The notes below the pieces were generated by a model, which saw nothing but the letters and a program-made list of their open reading frames with translations, had not been told where the DNA came from and did not search any database. Positions 32,926 to 45,245 of a stretch of DNA of 64,000 nt are shown piece by piece (the stretch's first letter is position 1; every line of letters starts with the position of its first letter). The translations under genes were made by a program, and so were the position numbers. This stretch comes from Eledone cirrhosa (lineage: Eukaryota), in the NCBI GenBank assembly GCA_964016885.1, contig OZ024757.1:26908001-26972000 (forward strand), read 5' to 3'.

Positions 32926-33555
32926 ATATATGAGGACAGGTTGAAGACAACATCCAGTGAAGCTGTAAAGTGGTCGTGTATGTTTCATGGCAAAAAAAAA
33001 CCAGCACTCACTGTAAATGAGGTTGGCGCTAGGAAGGGCATCCAGCTGTAGAAACCCCAGCACTCACTGTAAATGAGGTTGGCGCTAGGAAGGGCATCCA
33101 GCTGTAGAAACCAAGCCCAAATCAGTTCTGTATGAGTAAGACATGGTCACCTGACCTAGCATTGCTCACAACAGGATCACTCGTCTAACCCATGCCAGCG
33201 TGGAAACATGGAGGTAAAACGATGATGATGATTATATATATATATATATATGCTGCTACAAGTAAAAAATTATTGAAACAGAAAAAGAGATACTGTTAAA
33301 TTCAATTCTTCCGTTTCACTGGTAGCATACGTATACAAACAGAAACTCAATATGTCTCTATTTTCGTGGCAGCGTATATACACAAAATAAATACATGTCA
33401 TTTTCCAAAATAAACACACTTCGTTCTCTCAGCAGAAACAGAAAGTATGTCTCGCTGTTTACGCTACGATTTCTAATTTTAAGTCTGGATATTTTCACTT
33501 TCACTTCAATGAAACTGTCAAATATTACTTATAGCTAGCTCATTTATACTGTGTG

Positions 33556-33615
<60 letters not shown>

Positions 33616-33651
33616 TGTGAGTGTGTGTGAGTGTGTGTGTGCGCGTGTACA

Positions 33652-33828
33652 TACAGTGAAATTCCGTTATAACGAAGTTCACGGGGTATATATAAAAAAT
33701 TCTTTGTAACGAAAAATTCTTTATCATGAGATCCACCTAACACATCGAGCGTGTGGCTGGGGATTGAAAAAAATGTTCGTTATACTGAAAAATTCGTTAT
33801 GATATTCGTTATAACGGAATTTTACCTA
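33652..33828. mobile_element. pogo/Tigger-like MITE
   Basis: TA-CAGTGAAATTCCGTTATAACGAA ... TTCGTTATAACGGAATTTTAC terminal inverted repeats. Confidence 0.7.
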
Positions 33829-33977
33829 TGTGTGTGTACATGTGTGTGTATATCTGTGTGTGTGTCTGTGTTTATATCTCGAGATCGATAAAATAAGTAC
33901 TGATGATGATGTGTCCCCCAGCATGGCCACAATCTAATGACCGAAACCGTCAAAATAACAACAAAAATCAACATTAT

Positions 33978-34288
33978 AATAATTGTTTCTACTTTTGGCA
34001 CAAGGCCAGCAATTACCCAGTACATTACTGGTACTTTATTTTATTAACCCCGTAAGGATGAAAGGCAAAGTTGACCTCGGCGGGATTTGAACTCAGAATG
34101 GAAAGGGCCGTAATTCTATGCGTCAAAGCATGACGTCCGACCCTCTACCGATACTGCCAATCCACCAAATCAACATTATAATAATTGTTTCTATTTTAGG
34201 CACAAGGCCAGCGATTACCCAGTACATTACTGGTACTTTATTTTATCGACCCCGTAAGGATGAAAGGCAAAGTCAACATTATAATAAT
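33978..34288 (-). mobile_element. Two tandem SINE family A copies
   Basis: Each copy is flanked by TCAACATTATAATAAT, which occurs three times. Confidence 0.85.
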
Positions 34289-34620
34289 CTAAGCTAAAAT
34301 GTGAGAAATCGTTACTCCGAATAACTCGTGCCCTTAGTACCATTACAAAAACTGTTCTATTTTTCATAATAGTCCGAAAATATTTCCCCTTTCTTTCTTC
34401 TTAGGATTGGCAAAAATCGTTAGAGTGGTATTTATTCTGGCTCTTTACTGACCGAGTTCAAATCCTACCGTGATCAACTTTGTCTTTCACCCTTCAGGGG
34501 TTGATAAAAATCTAGTACCAATGAAGTACTAGGCTCCATTTAAATCGACACCCGCCTTCCTCCAAATTGCTGCCCTTGTGTCAAAATTATAAACGATTAT
34601 TCCCCCACCTTCTTTTTAGT

Positions 34621-34652
<32 letters not shown>

Positions 34653-34659
<7 letters not shown>

Positions 34660-34792
34660 ATATTATCGGAGGGTCATGTTGTTATAATATTGCCAGAAAT
34701 ATATAGTCGAAAACATACTCAACAGTCAGTGTGTTTTACTATATATTTCTGGCGATATTATAACAACATGACCCTCCGATAATATAACAATA
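34653..34792. repeat. Palindromic element, 55-bp arms, abutting (TA)n
   Basis: TATTGTTATATTATCGGAGGGTCATGTTG... and its reverse complement, with one mismatch and a 30-bp spacer that is itself partly self-complementary. Confidence 0.85.
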
Positions 34793-35209
34793 GTTGTTTC
34801 AACACACGATTTCATATTAAAAAAAACTTGCAAAATAAATTCATGTATATATATATATATATATATATACACATACATACATACATATGTGTGTGTGAAA
34901 AAATTTCATTGTAAATATAAAAGATCATTGTAATACAACAATTATCAATAACAAAAGGTCCGAGATAGCGATTTGTGAAATTTCCGTTTCCACTAAAATA
35001 TATATTATATAACCATGTCCTGTCTTTAGAACCCACCTCATCCCCGTTTTCTCCCTATTGTTTACACTTAAATTTATGTATGTGTATCAAGCACATATGT
35101 GTGTGTATTAATATATCTGTGTATATTAGTATGGGTGTGAGCAGGTATAACCGTTATGAATTTGTCAGTATCATATTATATGTGAATATTAGTCGTACGT
35201 GTGTGTAAG

Positions 35210-35245
<36 letters not shown>

Positions 35246-35351
35246 TATATATAGGTATGTGTGTGTGTAAAACATATAAGGTTCTTGTCCAGCAGATAAA
35301 AAAAAAGAGACGTTACGCACACACACACACACACACACACACATACATACA

Positions 35352-35387
<36 letters not shown>

Positions 35388-35659
35388 TATATATAAACAA
35401 ATCTATAGATGATGGAAAAAATTATCCTTTAATTCATATTTATTTTCTTACACATGTTTTACTTCTGATTATTTGAAATGATATTACCTTTGCTATATAT
35501 ATATATTATATATTAGGTGTGTATAAATATATATATGTATGCATATATTATATTTAACGATCGACTTTCGTCAAATCGGACCGAGGAAACAATGTTTCCA
35601 TTGGTTTTTCCAATTACTAATACTATATATCAGTCGCAACTCCAGGTAGGAGCAACGTG

Positions 35660-35688
35660 AAATATGTATGTGTGTGTGTATATATATA

Positions 35689-35721
<33 letters not shown>

Positions 35722-35922
35722 GTGTATATATATATATATATGTGTGTATATATATATATATATGTGTATATATATATATATATGTGTATATATATATATA
35801 TATGTGTATATATATATATATGTGTATATATATATATATGTGTATATATATATATATGTGTATATATATATATATGTGTATATATATATATATATGTGTA
35901 TATATATATATATACATATATA

Positions 35923-35953
<31 letters not shown>

Positions 35954-36080
35954 GTGTATATATATATATATACATATATGTGTATATATATATATATACA
36001 TATATATGTGTATATATATATATACATATATATGTGTATATATATATATACATATATATGTGTATATATATATATATACA

Positions 36081-36113
<33 letters not shown>

Positions 36114-36238
36114 GTGTATATATATATGTATACATATATATGTGTATATATATATATATACATATATGTGTATATATATATATATATATATACATATATA
36201 TGTATACATATATATGTGTATATATATATATATACATA

Positions 36239-36278
<40 letters not shown>

Positions 36279-36340
36279 TATATATATATGAATGTAAGTA
36301 TGTATATATATGTATGTATCTGTGTGTGTATATATATTAC
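35660..36340. repeat. Compound (TA)n/TGTG microsatellite
   Basis: Seen directly in the sequence. Confidence 0.95.
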
Positions 36341-36652
36341 ATGTCTATCAATAGGTATGTGTGTGATTTTTATAAGAATGATCGTTGTAAAAATTGAACA
36401 AAACAAAAGAGAAACGAAAACTAAAAAAGAAATAAAGAAAAATATGGGGAAAACATACTGGTATGCGTCATGTCAAACGAAGATCAGCAAATCCTTGTGA
36501 ATTCTTTTCGCTTCCGAGAAAATATCAAGAAGAGAAAGAATTTAGATGTGTGTATGTGGCTAATTGGTTTGTCTGTGTGTTTGTGTAGTATATGTTTATA
36601 TATAAACGGAGAGAGATATATATAGATAGTAACAATAACAATAGTAGCTTAC

Positions 36653-36920
36653 CATTAACGCAGGACTTTTTGAAATATTCCGAGGCAAAGAGATAGGATC
36701 AAAGACAATATGAATAGTAGTCTTTGAAGGTTGGCGTGTATATGCTATAGACGAGCTATATATATATCTATATATATGTACGTGTGTGTATATCGCTATG
36801 TTTTCGTTGAAGTCAAAAGAGTTGTCAAAAAGATATGTCGGTCCTATCACTCTATAGTTGGCTGCTACGTCATAGACCGGTGCAGGGCAAACGAACGTTC
36901 GCTCTAAACAATATTCCCTC
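36653..36920 (-). promoter_or_regulatory. Candidate promoter and first exon ending in ATG|GTAAGC
   Basis: Unique, locally CpG-rich sequence with a CRE-like TGACGTAG at 36865-36872 (minus) and a strong donor immediately after ATG (36655-36653). Confidence 0.35.
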
Positions 36921-39650
36921 ATTACCTTTGAAACTTTCTTTTCTTTCGCCTTGTATTATCTATCATAGATAACGAATTGGCAGGGTTGTTTGAGCGTTGG
37001 ATAGAATGCTTGTAGTATTCGTTCCAGCTCTCCGTTCCCTTTAGACTTCAAATACCACCGAAGTCAACTTTACATTTTGAGGTCGATAAATAAAGTACCA
37101 GTTCAGTACTGAGGTCAATTCTTTCTCTATATCCCTTTCTCAGTTTCACTGTAACACACACAATACCTCTCTCCTCCTCTGGAAGAAATCAACTGTGTTC
37201 AGATATCGAGAGAGGATGTGCTCCACCAGGTTTTAAATGTCCAAGAAACCTCGAATGTCGCTACGGCGCCCCAACAACTTCACCAGAAGTTACGGGTCCA
37301 TATATATATAGATACATAGTAAAATTCTCTTTACGTTTAGGGTGCTTTACCTGAAATATTACATCAATCCCAAAACTTGGCTGCTATTCTATTAAATCGA
37401 TCGTATTTCTTTATTAAATCAATCCCTAGAAGGACGAAATCCAAAATTAGCCTCGGCTGAATTTGAACTAAAAAAAAGTAATTAGAGAGCTGTAAAAATG
37501 CCGCAGGCACTTTGTCAGACCTTCTAACAATTTTGCCAATCTACAGTATGGAGCTGGCTTGGAAACTGTATTGAGGCGAATTTTATTATTATTATTTTAA
37601 TTTTATTATCAATGTTAATTTTGTTTGTTTTTATTGTGGTTTTATTGTTACTTTGTCAGCTTTGTATTGTTTGTTTTTCACCTGATTTTATTTATTATTT
37701 GGAAGGAGATTAGGGATTTTCTGATAAATTTTTATGGTTATTGTTATTGTTGTTTTTAACCCGATGTCAGCCCAGACTAAACAGGCCTATCATCAAAGAG
37801 GTTCCAGCATCGCGATATCGTTATCTTTTGTTTTGGCAGCCGTTCGTTTGTCCAGCCCCTTTCGCCTGCCCTTTGTTGTATGTGGTCCTAGATGTGTGTA
37901 TTACCTGCTTGCAATTTAGGCACAAGGCCAGCAATTTTGAAGGGATGCGAAATCAATTATATCTATCCCAGTATTTAACTGATATATTAGTTGAACTCAG
38001 AACATAGAAAGCCGTAACCACAAAGTATTTTGTCCGACACCCCAACAACTCTTCTAATCCACCTCCGCCGAGGTTAACTTTATCTTTCATCCTTACGGGG
38101 TCGATAAAACAAAGTACCACTGGAGTAATTGCTGGCCTTGTGCCGTCCTTGGCCCTAGGGCTACCTCCCTACTCACCACCATAGGAGATGGGGAAGGCGA
38201 GCGAGATGGAGGCGATTATTATTAATAATTACAGCCGTTCAATAAACCTTTCATGAAGACTATAGCATCCAGCGGGCGATAAAAGCAGACGATAGCAACA
38301 AAAACTGTCTGAATTAATAGAGGGTGGGTTTTAACTATTTTCTCTGAGTCTGTATGTGTAGTAAACCCGTTGCCAGGGTTTTGGGTGCTGGGGAAAGTGT
38401 CCCAGGACACTCTGGGCAGGCATTCTAATTCCCTGGGGAATTTTTTGACCAATTTCTTTGGTTAATGTTTTCAGTTTTTTTATTTTTTTTATTTATTTTT
38501 GTTCTTTAATCTAGGGTGAATATAAGTAAACATACATGAAGTAGTTTGCAAAATGGCCCCATAGAAATGGTTCTTTTACTCGTCTGTCAGTTCTAACTAG
38601 ATTTTCTTTTATTTGATCAATGACTATATTTGAGGGGTGAATAGATGTAAACATACACACACACACACATGTACACCCGGTCCAGACACAGAGGAGCCGA
38701 ACTCCCACTGGCATCGCTCCTGTCTCTCTCTCGCCCTGAAGAAATGTTAGTAAAGACAAGAAAACTTCAAGAAAAAATATTTCACAACGTTTTTTTTTCA
38801 ATAAATGAAAAAAACAACAACACTTTATTGTCTAAATTTGGGGGTGGAGGGGGTGCACAATTAAACTGTAAGGGAGCAGTGCCATCTAGTTCCAGTCCCC
38901 CCTCACATTCCTTAATGACATTTCAAAAGACACCGAGATTAGTTTTATCTGAAACAACCAAATGAAGTTTGTCCAATGTACACACAACAGTTTCTCTATT
39001 ATTGTCAAGATACATCTCTCTTAAGTACATAATTGTTTCTACTTTTGGCATAAGGCCAGCAATTACTCAGTACATTACTGGTACTTTATTTTATCGACCC
39101 CCATAAAGATGAAAGGCAAAGTTAACCTCGACGGGATTTGAACTCAAACCGTAGTAAGTACATAATATTTTCCTCTTAGCTTAACCATTACTTTACACGA
39201 ATGTAAACATGTCGTCTTTGTTTTTCTTCTTTTTGTGTGTGTGTTACATTTTTAAAGGCGTCTCCCTCATTATGCTCCGAGGAAACACCTCTATTCTGTC
39301 CGCCGGGTTGCCAGCGTGTAGGCCCCCATTTGCTCATAATAGTGAGAGATGGAGGAAAACGTGATAGACAGTAGCAGTGAAAGTAGGAGTTTGGTTCCTT
39401 TGTGTTCGGACCTGATGTGTATATGTATATGTTTTACGGACACACACTCACAGTGAGATTAACAACCCGAAAACATTATCACCACCACCAACAACAACTT
39501 CAAAATTTGATTCACGTATCTCAGACTACATTATAGAATAGAGCTTTACAATTTTAAAGACATTATATTTTGATTTAAAAGAGACTTGGCAGCTAATACT
39601 AACAAGTCAAAAAACATATACGGCATAAATGCGTGTTTGTTGGATCGTTA

Positions 39651-40150
39651 TAATAATAATTGTTTCTACTTTTGGCACAAGGCCAGCAATTACCTAGTTC
39701 ATTACTGGTACTTTATTTTATCGACCCGGTAAGGATGAAAGGCAAAGTTAACCTCGGCGGGATTTGAACTCAGACCGTAAAGGGACGTAACTGTGCTGCA
39801 AAGCATGGCGTCCGACCCTCTACCGATACTGCCAATATAATAATAATAATTGTTTCTACATTTGGCACAAGGCCAGCAATTACCCAGTACGTTATTGGTA
39901 TTTTATTTTATCAACCTCCGTAAGGATGAAAGGCAAAGTTAACCACGGCAGGATTTGAACTCGGATCGTAAGGGGACGTAACTATGCTGGAAAGCATGTC
40001 CGACCCTCTACCGATACTGCCAATTCACCGCCCTTTATAATAATAATTGTTTCTACTTTTGGCACAGGGCCAGCAAATACTCAATGCATTACTGGTACTT
40101 TATTTTATTGACCCCGTAAGGATGAAAGGTAAAGTTAACCTCGGCGGGAT
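39651..40150 (-). mobile_element. Head-to-tail array of three SINE family A copies separated by (AAT)n
   Basis: Three consecutive TTGTTTCTACTTTTGGCACAAGGCCAGC starts, at about 39660, 39850 and 40046. Confidence 0.88.
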
Positions 40151-40520
40151 AATGAAAATTATTGTGTACAGTGCCTAGGTGCACTACAACCCATTAAAAG
40201 GTGCAAGTATAGTATATAGAATAATTTTTTCTACTTTTGGTACAAGGCCAGCAATTACTCAGTACATTACTGGTACTTTATTTTATCAACCCCGTAAGGA
40301 TGAAAGACAAAGTTAACCTCGGCGGGATTTGAAGTCAGAACATACTATAGTATATAGAATAATGTACAAATGTCAGGAAAGCGAACAGTGTATGAGTCAT
40401 GATATACACACAGATACATGTGTATGGAGGGGGAATATCGGGTGTAGTGTTGGCGAATTTCGGAAAGCATGAAAGTTTTGAAGGATGCAGTGTCTCGACA
40501 GCTAACAACTGATGCAAGTT
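40150..40520 (-). mobile_element. CR1-like LINE 3' end interrupted by a SINE A with an 18-bp TSD
   Basis: Minus-strand [15 protein letters not shown] is followed by a 3' UTR. TATAGTATATAGAATAAT is duplicated at 40208-40225 and 40346-40363. Confidence 0.75.
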
Positions 40521-40595
40521 GCCCCCCAAAAATGTATGCATACTTCAACAGTATTCTAATCAAAGTGTGTATACATACATTTATGTGTGTTTGAT

Positions 40596-40630
<35 letters not shown>

Positions 40631-40729
40631 CTGAGTATATATGTATATATATATATATGTTTACATATATATATATGTTTATATATATATATGTGTGTGT
40701 GTGTGAGTATATATGTATATATATGTATG

Positions 40730-40783
<54 letters not shown>

Positions 40784-40843
40784 AGTATATATGTATATAT
40801 ATGTATGTATATATATATATATATGTTTACATATATATATATA

Positions 40844-40877
<34 letters not shown>

Positions 40878-41152
40878 CGTACATGTGCTTGTAGTTGTTA
40901 AGATTGTTTTCATTTAAATATAAACAATTTAAAATAAGTAGTTTTGTATATAAATAATAAAACAAAGAAAAATATGAACATCAGAAACATTCTTAGGTTG
41001 TCAGAATATAAAGAACTTGTGAATAAATCTCTTTAACCAAACAGTCATACCTGTGTTTATATTATAAATCCCACCCATTCTTTAATAGAAACAACTTTAA
41101 AAATGTGAAACTTTGAAATTCTTTTTGTGGGGTAGGGGTGCTTTTAAAAAAA

Positions 41153-41194
<42 letters not shown>

Positions 41195-41235
41195 GATATT
41201 AATAAATGGAAACTATATTTATAAAACCATATTTA

Positions 41236-41296
41236 TTTCATTATATATATTTCAGGGATACCACATTAAATTATGGTATGCCTTCATCAGACAAAA
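41236..41296 (-). ncRNA. Minimal type I hammerhead ribozyme (minus-strand copy)
   Basis: Exact reverse complement of 41441-41501. Confidence 0.75.
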
Positions 41297-41440
41297 TACA
41301 ATATATAATAGTTTTACAAATAGGTTTGACGTACCCTTTAAAATACAACCATTACTTTTTGCTTCTGACAGGATCTAAAAAGTAATGGTTGTATTTTAAA
41401 GGGTACGTCAAACCTATTTGTAAAACTGTTATATATTGTA

Positions 41441-41501
41441 TTTTGTCTGATGAAGGCATACCATAATTTAATGTGGTATCCCTGAAATATATATAATGAA
41501 A
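41441..41501 (+). ncRNA. Minimal type I hammerhead ribozyme
   Basis: Helix I TTTTGT/ATGAAA (two G-U pairs), core CTGATGA at 41447-41453, helix II AGGcATACCA/TGGTATcCCT, GAAA at 41484-41487, palindromic TATATA, and a UA cleavage site after 41495. AATAAA follows. Confidence 0.75.
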
Positions 41502-41635
41502 TAAATATGGTTTTATAAATATAGTTTCCGTTTATTAATATCGTATATCTACTCCAAAAATTTGTCGAGTGCTTTATATCAGTTATAAAAATATTTACTT
41601 GTTGTATCCCAACAACTTTAAATAGAACTTTTGCA

Positions 41636-41676
<41 letters not shown>

Positions 41677-41717
41677 GTATATATATGTGTATATATATAT
41701 ATATGTATATATATGTG

Positions 41718-41856
<139 letters not shown>

Positions 41857-42015
41857 ATATATACGTATATATATATGTATGTATATATATGTATATATAT
41901 ATGTATATATATGTGTATATATATATATGTATATGTATATATATGCGTATATATATATATGTATATATATATGTGTATATATATGTGTATATGTATATAT
42001 ATATGTGTGTATATG

Positions 42016-42072
<57 letters not shown>

Positions 42073-42154
42073 GTATATATATATATGTATATATATATAT
42101 ATGTATATATATATATGTATATATATGTATATATACATATATATATATATACAT

Positions 42155-42504
42155 ATCATCATCATTTCATCATCATTTCATTTTACGTCCGCTTTTTCCC
42201 TGCTTGCAAGGGTGGGACGGGAACTGATGCTGGCTTGATTTCTACAGCTGGATGCCCTTCCTAACACCAACCTCATTTACAGTGAGTGCTGGGTGCTTTT
42301 TTGCCGTGGCACCTCCACGACCACTTTGCAGTGGAATGATAGGGACCTCAGTCCCTATCATCTCATTTCTACAGCTGAGTAAACTGGAGCAATGTGAAAT
42401 AAAGTGTCTTGCTCAAGGAAACAACACATCACCCGGTCTGAGAATTGAACTCACAATCTTTCGATTGCAAGGCCAATGCTCTAACCACTAAGCCATGTGC
42501 CTCC
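42155..42504 (-). mobile_element. SINE family B, full length
   Basis: Reverse complement of 18522-18870. Confidence 0.88.
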
Positions 42505-42578
42505 ATCTATACACATATATACATATATATATATATACATCAGCACTATACACACAGAGCTGGCATATCTAAGAACTA

Positions 42579-42634
42579 ACTGCCTGATGAGGTCATAGCC
42601 ATTCAATGGCTATCATCGAAATATATATAGCAGT
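42579..42634 (+). ncRNA. Minimal type I hammerhead ribozyme
   Basis: Helix I ACTGC/GCAGT (perfect), CTGATGA at 42584-42590, helix II GGTcATAGCCA/TGGCTATcATC closed by G-C, GAAA at 42618-42621, TATATA, and a UA cleavage site after 42629. AATAAA follows immediately. Confidence 0.82.
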
Positions 42635-42833
42635 AAATAAAGGATTATGAGTTCATGCAATTGACTTATGTTTCGTCACTATATATGTATATATATATGT
42701 ATATATATATAATTTAAATAATGATAATGATGTAAAGAAAATATTTTTAATGATTATGATGATGATATTGATAATGATGCTGATGATGATGTTGCTGATG
42801 TAAAAAGAAAAACCAAACAGGAAACAATGATGA

Positions 42834-42923
<90 letters not shown>

Positions 42924-42938
42924 ACCCTCCCAAAGTAT

Positions 42939-43000
<62 letters not shown>

Positions 43001-43015
43001 ACCCTCCCAAAGTAT

Positions 43016-43083
<68 letters not shown>

Positions 43084-43098
43084 ACCCTCCCAAAGTAT

Positions 43099-43156
<58 letters not shown>

Positions 43157-43434
43157 CTCAGCCGGATGGTAAAAGAGTATGTATATATACAGGGTGTCCC
43201 CCGAAAATGTATGCACACATTGATTACCTGTATAGGCAATATTTATCAGAATGCTGTTGAGGTATGTATACATTTTTGGGGATACCCTGTGTATACATAA
43301 ATGCATGGCAACATCTGTTTAGAATAAAGTTGTTATATAAATGGGCGGCATTTCATTTGAGAGAATGAATTAATTGAAAATAAAACATAATAATGATAAT
43401 AAATATAATAATGATAATAATAATAATAATAATA

Positions 43435-45245
43435 AAGGCATTCAGCATAGTACCACATTCTTGGATAACCTAAAGCCTAGAGATCTTCAAGGTGGCAGAT
43501 AACATCAGACAGCTATTAAGCACAGTATGAAGTCCTGGGAAGTTAGCATCAGGTGGAGAATCCTTGGGAGGCGTGAAGATCAAGAGAAGTATCTTCCAGG
43601 GAGATAGTTTGTCCCCTTTGTTGTTTGTCCTTGCCATGATACCCCTGTCTGTCATATTGCGAAAAGTGAGAGCAGGGTACAAGTTGGGAAGAGGAGTGCT
43701 TACCATCAACCACCTCCTCTTCATGGACGATCTTAAACTCTTTGGGAAGAGTGAGAAGGAGTTGGATGTACTTGTTGACACTGTCCGTATTTTCAGCAAA
43801 TATATATGTATGGAATTTGGTGTTAATAAGTGTGGAGTCCTAGTGATGAAGAGGGGGTAAATTGAGCAGAAGCAACAGAATCCAGGTACCAACAGGTGAG
43901 ATGATAAAGGAAATTGACCCTGAAGAGGGATACAAATATTTAGGTGTTCTGGAGGCAGATGACATCAAGAACAAAAAAATGAAGGAATTGATAAGATCTG
44001 AATACATAAGAAGAGTAAGGAACATATTAAAATCCCATCTAAGTAGTAGGAATGTCATAAGTGCAGTAAATTCCCGAGCTGTGTCTATTATTAGGTACAG
44101 TGCGGGAATTCTGAAATGGAATGTTGCTGAACAAAAAGAAATGGATAGGAAGACTAGGAAGCTAATGACTATCTACAACATGTTCCACAAGAGGAGTGAT
44201 GTTGAATGATTCTATTTAAAAAGATCTGAAGGTGGAAGAGCCCTTATCAGCATAGAGGACTGTGTTCAGATGGAGAAAAACAACCTGCGCAAATATGTGG
44301 CTGACAGTAGGGAGCCAATGCTCAAAATTGTACTGAAGGAGAAGACGATAGACCAGGGGATGTCCAAGGAGGAAATAACAACAAGGAGGAAGAGCAAAAA
44401 ATCCCTTCATGGCACCTTCTTTAAGAAAATGGAATTTAGAGATCCACAGACATGGAACTGGCTAAAAAGAGGAGACCTTAAAAAAGCTACTGAAGGAATG
44501 CTAATGGCTGGGCAAGAGCAAGCCCTCAGAACGAAGTGGGTGAAACACCATATTGACAAGGAGGAAGCTAGCTCACTGTGTAGGATCTGTGGAGAGAGAG
44601 AGAGGAGACTGTGGCTCACATTGTATCCGAGTGTAAACACCTAGCCCAGACTCACTATAAAGGCTGGAGACATGTTGTGATAGGCAGGGTGATCCACTGG
44701 CATCTATGTAAAGTAAACAATTTACCACATTCTGAGAAGTGGTATGAGCATAAGCCAGAGTCGGTGATAGAAAACCATCAGGTGAAGGTGCTATGGGATT
44801 TTAGGATACAGACGGACAAGAAATTAGAACACAATAGGCCTGACCTGGTGGTTTTGGACAAGGAAAAAAGATTGTGCCTGATTGTAGATGTAGCCTGCCC
44901 ATTTGACATGAGAGTGCAAGAAAAGGAGAGGGAGAAAATTAACTGATACCAGGATTTAAAGTGGGAGGTAAAAAGGATTTGGAACTGCCATGAAATGAAG
45001 TCGTCCTGATTATCATAGGAGCACTAGGTACTATCTCAAAGAGTTTCCAAGGATGGTTAAAGAAGATTAGTCCAGCCCCACTTTTTGGAACACTTCAAAA
45101 GGCATGCTTGCTGGGAACAGCAAGAACCCTCCGATACGGCCTGTATGTCTGAGGCTGCAGGTAGCGGCTTGATATTCATTTCAACAAACCTTCCAGTTAA
45201 ATAACATCAATGACTGAGACTCAAAGAACAATAATAATAATAATG
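43435..45245 (+). mobile_element. R4/Dong-clade non-LTR retrotransposon, 5'-truncated and frameshifted (RT, CCHC knuckle, restriction-like endonuclease)
   Basis: RT motifs IFQGDSLSPLLF, LFMDDLKLF and YKYLG; CRICG...HIVSEC zinc knuckle; RPDLVVLD...IVDVACP endonuclease. Several stops and frameshifts are present, and (TAA)n lies on both sides. Confidence 0.88.

Larger units (their letters stand above)
41189..41548. repeat. Near-perfect inverted repeat (172-bp arms, 16-bp spacer) of a Penelope-like LTR unit
   Basis: Left arm 41189-41360, spacer GCTTCTGACAGGATCT, right arm 41377-41548. Two mismatches were seen, and the left end abuts (TA)n. Confidence 0.9.

Noticed and set aside
42921-43103. Repeat-spacer pattern resembling CRISPR
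   Set aside because: The spacers are pure (TA)n; reported instead as element termini.
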